Shown here in pieces: positions 32,563-64,000 of a stretch of 64,000 nucleotides of DNA. The position numbers and the translations under genes were made by a program. Source of the DNA: the human T2T-CHM13v2.0 reference genome, Homo sapiens; the NCBI RefSeq assembly GCF_009914755.1, contig NC_060944.1, one strand, 5' to 3'. The first letter of the stretch is position 1; each line of letters opens with the position of its first letter. The notes beneath the pieces were generated by a model. It did not search any database. It saw only the letters and a list, made by a program, of their open reading frames with translations, and was not told the DNA's origin.

Positions 32563-34611
32563 TGTTTGTGTTTTAAGCTAAGTGTTATTACAAAAGATTC
32601 AGAAGTTAAGAATTTTAAAGTTTTACTTTTTATGTAGCCTAAGTGTGTTTATAAAGTCTACAGTGATGTACAATAATGTCCCTTCATATTCAGTCACCAC
32701 TCAGAGCAACTTCCAGTCCCGCAAGTGCCCAATATAGGTGTACCAATTTTTCTTTTATATTGCATTTTTACTGTACCTTTTCTATGCTTCACTATGTTTA
32801 GAAACACAAATACTTACCATTGTGTTAATCACTCTTATAGTATTCAGTATATAGTATTCTCTTATAGTAACATGCCATACAAGTTTGTAGCCTAGGAGCA
32901 ACAGGCCATACCATATAGCGTAGGGGTAATAGGAGGCTATACCACCTAGGTCTGTGTAAGTACCCTTTATGATGTTTGTACAACAATGACATCACCTAAC
33001 AGGGCATTTCTCAGAATGCATCCCATCATTAAGCAATGCACGACGGTATTATACGCTGTAAATAACTGTATGTGCTATACTTCTATGACTGGCAGCACAG
33101 GTGTGTTTACATTAGTATCACTACAAACATGAATCATATGTTGCGCTATGATGTCATAAGGTAGCAAGTTTTTCAGCTCAATTATATTCTTATGGGACCA
33201 CTGTCGTAGATGTAGTTCATCACTGACCAAAATGTCGTTATGTGGTGAATGACTGCGGTAAAATTCAGGGCCCACGATGTTTTAGTGCAATTAGACAATT
33301 ACAAGAGATAAAGCTATATCTTTTATTCCTTTCCTCATTATGGATAAATTTTCATAGAAAAAAGGCAAATCTCCATTTTTTCCTCTGATTAAAGTACAGT
33401 GTAGTATCAGATTCAGCGCTGATCAAAAGAAAGACTGATTTGAAAAGTTGGCTTTCTTCTATAAGCCTTGCTGTTCCTTCTCAACCAAGAACACTTCAAA
33501 AGAGCTAATGAAGTAATAGCTGCTTTGATTCAAATCAAGAAGTTAAATAAAAATGTCCTACAGACTGTGAGGAGGGTGAGGTATTTAAAAGCCAATAATA
33601 CATTATAGAATATACTGATATCAAAGAGCAACTTTCAGAATTATGATTGTTAACACCTATGCAGTCAGTCCTTTGATGAAGGCAGGTGAACTGACATGCT
33701 TGGTAAGAGATTATCTTTTCTCCCTAGAAACCTACTTGTTTCAGATACTGGTTTGAACCATGATGAAATACTCTGCTTCTCCTCAAAGCTCAACTCTTCT
33801 TTAGTATTCAGCTATGAGGCTTTCAGATTGATAAAACTGAATTAAATAAATGATGTGTCCCACTGGAAAGCATTCTCATTCTAAGACTGCTGGTTAGTAA
33901 CTTTGCCTGGGGTATTTAAAAAAAAAAAAAAAAAAAAAAAAAGTCAAATATCTGAGTACTAATTTCCTGAAAAGTATGTTCCGATAGATGAACAGATCAT
34001 TAATGCAGAATGAGAATCACTCCTAAAATAGGTAATGGTAAAAATTAAATTGACAATTACCTCTCTCTATGCAGAAGGAAATATCACCTATATGACATCA
34101 TCATCATCTATTGATACTTGCTGGCAGTGCTAATATTGTTTTTAATGCCAATTTGTAAGAAGTTTTATCTCTCTGTCACTGACATCCTACAGAGTCACTT
34201 CCCCAGGCCTCCCATAGAAGTTGGGTGCCATCAACATAGGGAAATAAGAAAAGCTTAAATGTAAGGAAGGGTCTTGTCTTTTTCTGTGCAGAAAAAACAA
34301 GAATGGCAACACAGATGCAGAAAAATAGAGCCAGAGCACTTTTAGGGGAAATGGTGGGATACAGCAGGCTTCGTAACTTTTAAGTAACAAAATTTTGTTT
34401 CTTCTTACACCTCAAGTTTTAGTCCAATGACAAAAAAGGACAAAAAGTTTTTCTTAGTCTTCCCACTGGTCAGGAAAATATGAAATGCAATTTTGACACT
34501 TTCGATGTTTGGCACTTGCCCGCAATCACTGCACCGCTATAAAAGGCCTAGAGCTGAAAAGGGAGTATACCAAGCATGCTGCCATCTGAGGAAGTCTCCT
34601 GTGCCACTTAC

Positions 34612-34704
34612 CTGGTTTTTCGTAAGTGATGGGTCCCACAGTCCTACATCCTCCCATGTAGTGTTTTTCAAATAAAAGTCATTAGGTTCAAATTGTTTAA
34701 AATC
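34612..34704 (-). CDS. ADNP: ADNP internal coding exon, 93 nt (aa 37-67, [31 protein letters not shown])
   Basis: ttttctag|GAT...CAG|gtaagt. Phase 0 at both ends and joins the flanking exons in frame. Confidence 0.98.
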
Positions 34705-36399
34705 CTAGAAAACAGTGAAATAAGTTTACAAAAACATAGTGGTATAAACGCTAACCCAATCTTACATGTAAATCTCACCTCTTAACTAAGATGGGGAGAG
34801 GCACAGGAAAACCAACGTCAACAAGGACTTAAACTAGGAGTGATAAGGCTCTTAAATATAAAAAGGCATATGGAAGTTGCAGTCTACATTTTATATCAAC
34901 CAACCACTTTCCTGATGGTCAGTCAGGTTTCCAAGGAAATTGCTGGAAGTTCTAATTAAGTAAAAAATTCAGCCACACACTAATATCAAAGCACTTTTCA
35001 TTAGAGTACTGTACTCTAACTCGTCAGTTACAGTACTGGAATGGTGTCTAAAATAGCAATGTTTGCTTACAGCACTGCAAATATGATTTCTGGTTCTGTG
35101 CAAAAAAAAGATTTTTTTCGAGGGGAGGGGGCAGGAGATCAGATCAGGAAGAAAACTCAAATTTCAAACCCAAAAAGGCAGAAAGAAAGCTATTCAAAGA
35201 AAGTTAAGCAGTATGATGTTAAATTTATACTCTCATGTAAAAATTTAATGGTCCACTTCCCTCCAGACTAGGAAGATTAAAAGTCTTAGGGTAAAATCCC
35301 ACTTGTTCCTAAAAAGTTCACAGTTCAAGGTGGAAAATGAAGTCTACACATAAATAATCATAGGAGGAACAAATCAAATGCATGACAGAAATGTACTGTG
35401 ATGTTGGTATTAATTATTTCTATGAAGATGACCCCACAGAGTGCAAAGTGAATGGACTGTTTCATTTGGGCAGATCTACCTGAACTCTGGGGTTGGAGAA
35501 GGGCTACTTCCACACTTGGAACAACGTGACTAGAGAAGTCAACTTTTGAGCAGCTTCTGTTTCCATGCCATACTCTTCAAGTATTATTAGTGGAACTCAA
35601 ATTAAGAAAACCTGTTGTATGAATGAATTTGCTTTTTTACTTCCAATTCCATTCAAACACTTACTGATCACCTATTACGTGCAAAACACTGTGCTAGGTG
35701 CTGGGGCTAAATGGATAAACAAGGTAGCTATGTTCCCTAGCCACCTAGAACTTAAAGGTTAGTGGGGGAAACAGCTTCAAACATTTCTTTTCAATCAGGG
35801 GCTCTGACCAACAAACCATAAGACCTGGAACAGTGAGATGTTGAAAAGGAGACCACTGCATGGCTATCCCACAGAGCTGTTATAAAGCTCATAGAATAAA
35901 ACAGCTTGAAAAACAGTTCATAAAGCCCAAACTGTTATACAAGGGGGAAAGTAATAGTCTATGATGGGTCAAAAGGGGCAACAAATGCTCAAATCCTAAG
36001 GAAAGAGACAACAAGCACCCACACAAGCACGCCTCAACAATTAGAAGAAGGTCAACCAGAACATTCAGGCGTATCAGAATGAGAACAGGCTTTGAGTCCC
36101 ACAGACACTGCCACTTTCTCAGCTGCAAGGCTGGGCCTATTTATTTGTTCTTCATCTGTGAAGTGGAGATAAGAACTGCTACACTGCCTCCCGCCTCCAT
36201 GGTTGTTCTAAGGATTAAATGTATAGACAACTTTACGGCACCTAGTTCAACGCCTGACATGCTTAAGTCCTCAATGGTAGCCTTCTGCTTCAGGATGCAA
36301 AAATGAAAAAGCCCATTTTAGGGAGAAAGGCACAAGTTAATGCTATTGAGAATGTTTTCGTGAAGCTACTGCTGTGGCTGAAATTCAGAATCACATCTA

Positions 36400-61416
<25,017 letters not shown>

Positions 61417-63423
61417 CTCACACCTATGGAAATAACAAGAGGAGTAAAATCTATGGAAATCAACACACCCTAAGAAGGTGGGTGCTCACAGAAGACTGGT
61501 ATCAACATTTTTGTAAAGGTGGTTGGCTGCTGAGATAATGAATGGCAATTACAAGTCCAAATTTGGAGGGAAACGAAATTTTTACAATCAACACTTGAGT
61601 TCGACAATGAAGAACCCAACATGGGCTTGATGTTTACCAACAAGGCTTTGCAAATCATGACACCCATCTACACACTTAATCCAACATCTCTCAAGAATGA
61701 TTTTTAACTCTCAAAGAATTGGAAAGATTTGGCCTATGAAGAAGGGAGTTAACCAGCTATGCCCCCAAACCTGTTACTTTGTTTCAAACCTTCTCCTTTA
61801 CCACCAGACTTAGGAAAGATATGGTGACACATTCAAAACTTGAGGTGGAAGAACTCCAGAGGAAGGGAATCCGAACCAAGGATGTGCCAAGGTGATTCGT
61901 CAAGAACAAATATGGACTGGGGGCCAACAGTTTTGAAAAAGTAAAAGGAGAAAACTTCTAAAATGCAGGGTGGGCTCTTTAAAAGAAGTAAAATCACTGC
62001 TCTTGACTCACTTAATCCTTCGCCATGTTGCTGTCAGCTCACCAACTAAGAGTGCGAGTGTGTCTTGCTGGGCCCATTTTCCCATGGTCTGTAGAAGGCG
62101 CTGTGAAGCACATCCTGTTCTAGCTCGGGGGCCCTTCCCCCCTCTGCAGCCTTACCCAGTGCAGAGAATGCGCCCCCTACTGACTCCAACACTCATCGCC
62201 TTTAGCCGACTTGGCTGCGGTGCATTTTGGGTGGGGGCTGGTATTTTCTCCATGGCCATAAACCAGAAGCAACAATGCAGATTTCTAAAGAAACTGTATC
62301 AAGCTATCCAAGAGATTTTTTTTTTTTCATTCTGAAGGTTCAAGATACAGGCACAAGAAGCATCAGGGATGGGAACTGGGTGTGTGGGGATGGACATCAT
62401 TAACATGACAAACACAGAAACAGTTTGGTTCTTTTTCCCTCCTAAGCCTTTGTCTGTGAAATGGGGTTATGGCAAGAAGTGTCCAGAGTAACTGGTAAAT
62501 TCAAGAAGATTAAGAAGACTTCGTGTGTGGGGGGTGTGTGTGTGTGGCTAAAAAGGATATCAGACCTAGAGTCTTGGTCTTGGGCAGAAGAGGAAGAGAA
62601 GCAATCGCGCCTTTTCCAGCAGACAGGGATCAAGGTTGGGGGGGAGGGGAAGGCAGGCAGGCCTCCCAGAGGAAAGAAGAGGTGAATACGAGTGTGTTCA
62701 CAAAACTACTCCCCATTCATTACATTAAAAAAAAATCTTTTTGCAGCTCTCTGGATTTCCATTTTCTACCACCTTACTGCAAAGTTGGGGCTCAGAATGT
62801 TCGAAAGAGGTGCTGACCAGGCAGCTGAGATTGGGGAAAAGGGATGGTGGTGAACTGTGGTCAGGATAAGAGGAAAGCTGGCAGGTTGGGGAAGAAGGAT
62901 TGCACAGGGGAGGCAAAGACTCACTCCATGCCATGCATGCTCCCCGCCCCCCCCAACCCCGTCCCCCCTCCCCCAGGTAAGGGTGGGCAGACCTGGCAGA
63001 AGGCTGGTTCAAGGCATGGGGGTGTGCGTGGGGGGGCTCCTTTTGGGGGTGGGGGGCGGACGGGATTAGTTCCAGGGATGGGAGAAGCTCGGTTCTGGCT
63101 GGGGGAGATGCCCTTAGCTGCAAAAGCTCCGGGCGGCCAGGCAGAGTGCTGGCCTCGGTGGGCTCACAGGGCGGAGAAGGGGGTCGGGCTGCAGGAGGAG
63201 GCGCCTGGACCTCCGGAGCAGAGTCGGGTAGCGGTCCGTGCCGGGACGGGGGACCCGTCGGCGCCGGGGTGTGCAAAGGAGCGTGTGTGCGGCTGGAGGG
63301 CGGCGATGCGAACAACAATGCGCCCGCGCCCGGGGCCAGGCTGCACTGGCGGCCGCGCGGGCCGGGGTCGGGAAGCCAGGCAGGGCAGGGCCGCGGGTCC
63401 GCGCGCGGCGGCGCCGGGCTTAC

Positions 63424-63750
63424 CTTGACTCGGCCTCGAGGCGCGCGCGGGGCCGGCGTGCTCGGGGGCCGGACAGCGGCGGCGGCGGCGGGCGGATGGC
63501 GGCGGCACGGCGGTGGCGGCAGCGGGGAGGGCGCGCCCGGGGCCTCGTCGCGCTCCGGCTCGGCGGACTCCGGCTCGCGCCGCGGCCGCGGGTGCTGCCG
63601 GGGGGCGCGGCGGGCGCAGCAGAGCGGCGGGCGGCGGCGGCGTCGTCGAGCGGTGCAGACAAAGGAGGGGCGGAGGGAGGAGACGGAGGGTGTGGGAGAG
63701 GCGGCTTCACCGGCGCGGGCGGCGGCGGCCGCGCTCCTCTCGCTCCTCAG
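63424..63750 (-). other. ADNP: ADNP exon 1 (GC-rich, AUG-free; 5' end/TSS cannot be fixed from sequence)
   Basis: Strong donor CAAG|gtaagc at 63423 inside the CpG island. No ATG on the - strand between 63424 and 63875. Confidence 0.8.
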
Positions 63751-63832
63751 CAGCGGGGACCGAGAGAGGGAGCTGTGTCTGAGAAGACGCCAAAATCCCC
63801 CTTAGCGCTGCCTGCGGGAGGGGGAGGGGGCA

Positions 63833-63844
63833 CAAGATGGCGGC
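63833..63844 (+). promoter_or_regulatory. YY1 consensus site CAAGATGGCGGC
   Basis: Exact match to the YY1 consensus within the CpG island. Confidence 0.6.
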
Positions 63845-64000
63845 GGCCGGGGGGGGGGGGGGCGGGAGTTCAGCTCATGGATCCCGGCGGGCGGCGGAGG
63901 GGAGACCGGGCCGGCGGAGGCGGCGGCGGCAACGGGCGGGGGAGGGGGCTGATCCCGCGTCTCCCCTCAGCAGACAATACAAGCGCCTCGGACCGAGTCC

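Larger units (their letters stand above)
63130..64000. promoter_or_regulatory. CpG island / ADNP promoter (probably bidirectional)
   Basis: Very high GC and CpG density, GGGCGG boxes, (CGG)n runs and a G14 run at 63849-63862. Confidence 0.92.

Noticed and set aside
33900-34115. ATGATGA motif (possible C/D snoRNA) and a solo A tract in the ADNP intron
   Set aside because: No properly spaced CTGA D box or terminal stem. The A tract has no clear TSD or element.
62725-63805. Long overlapping ORFs (194-219 aa) in the CpG island
   Set aside because: Low-complexity G/A/R/P translations expected from stop-poor GC-rich DNA, with no domain signal.

Overview
Human (primate) genomic DNA, very Alu-rich, recognisable as the BCAS4/ADNP locus (20q13.13 from established knowledge). 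On the + strand the window holds the 3' end of BCAS4: an Alu-derived cassette exon at 8592-8688, a terminal exon from 9081 and a poly(A) signal at 9752. On the - strand it holds essentially the whole ADNP gene: CpG-island exon 1 (donor after 63424), leader exons 61249-61423 (175 nt) and 37361-37444 (84 nt), and coding exons 36484-36596, 34612-34704 and a terminal exon starting at 27108 (stop 24001-24003). The spliced CDS is 36+31+1035 = 1102 aa, with two poly(A) signals. ADNP introns contain a processed PSMD10 (gankyrin) pseudogene with TSDs, a nested Tigger3/Golem cluster, a MER21-type LTR and many Alus. The most interesting signal is in the 'non-coding' ADNP leader. The first AUG opens a 97-codon ORF that runs stop-free across both leader exons through phase-0 junctions and overlaps the ADNP start codon out of frame. 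The 84-nt exon ends in TAATGATGATGAACTG, which reads as four stops, three AUGs or coding sequence depending on frame. Together these suggest splice-controlled translation of a dosage-sensitive gene and a possible hidden microprotein. Repeat boundaries and subfamilies are approximate, read by eye.
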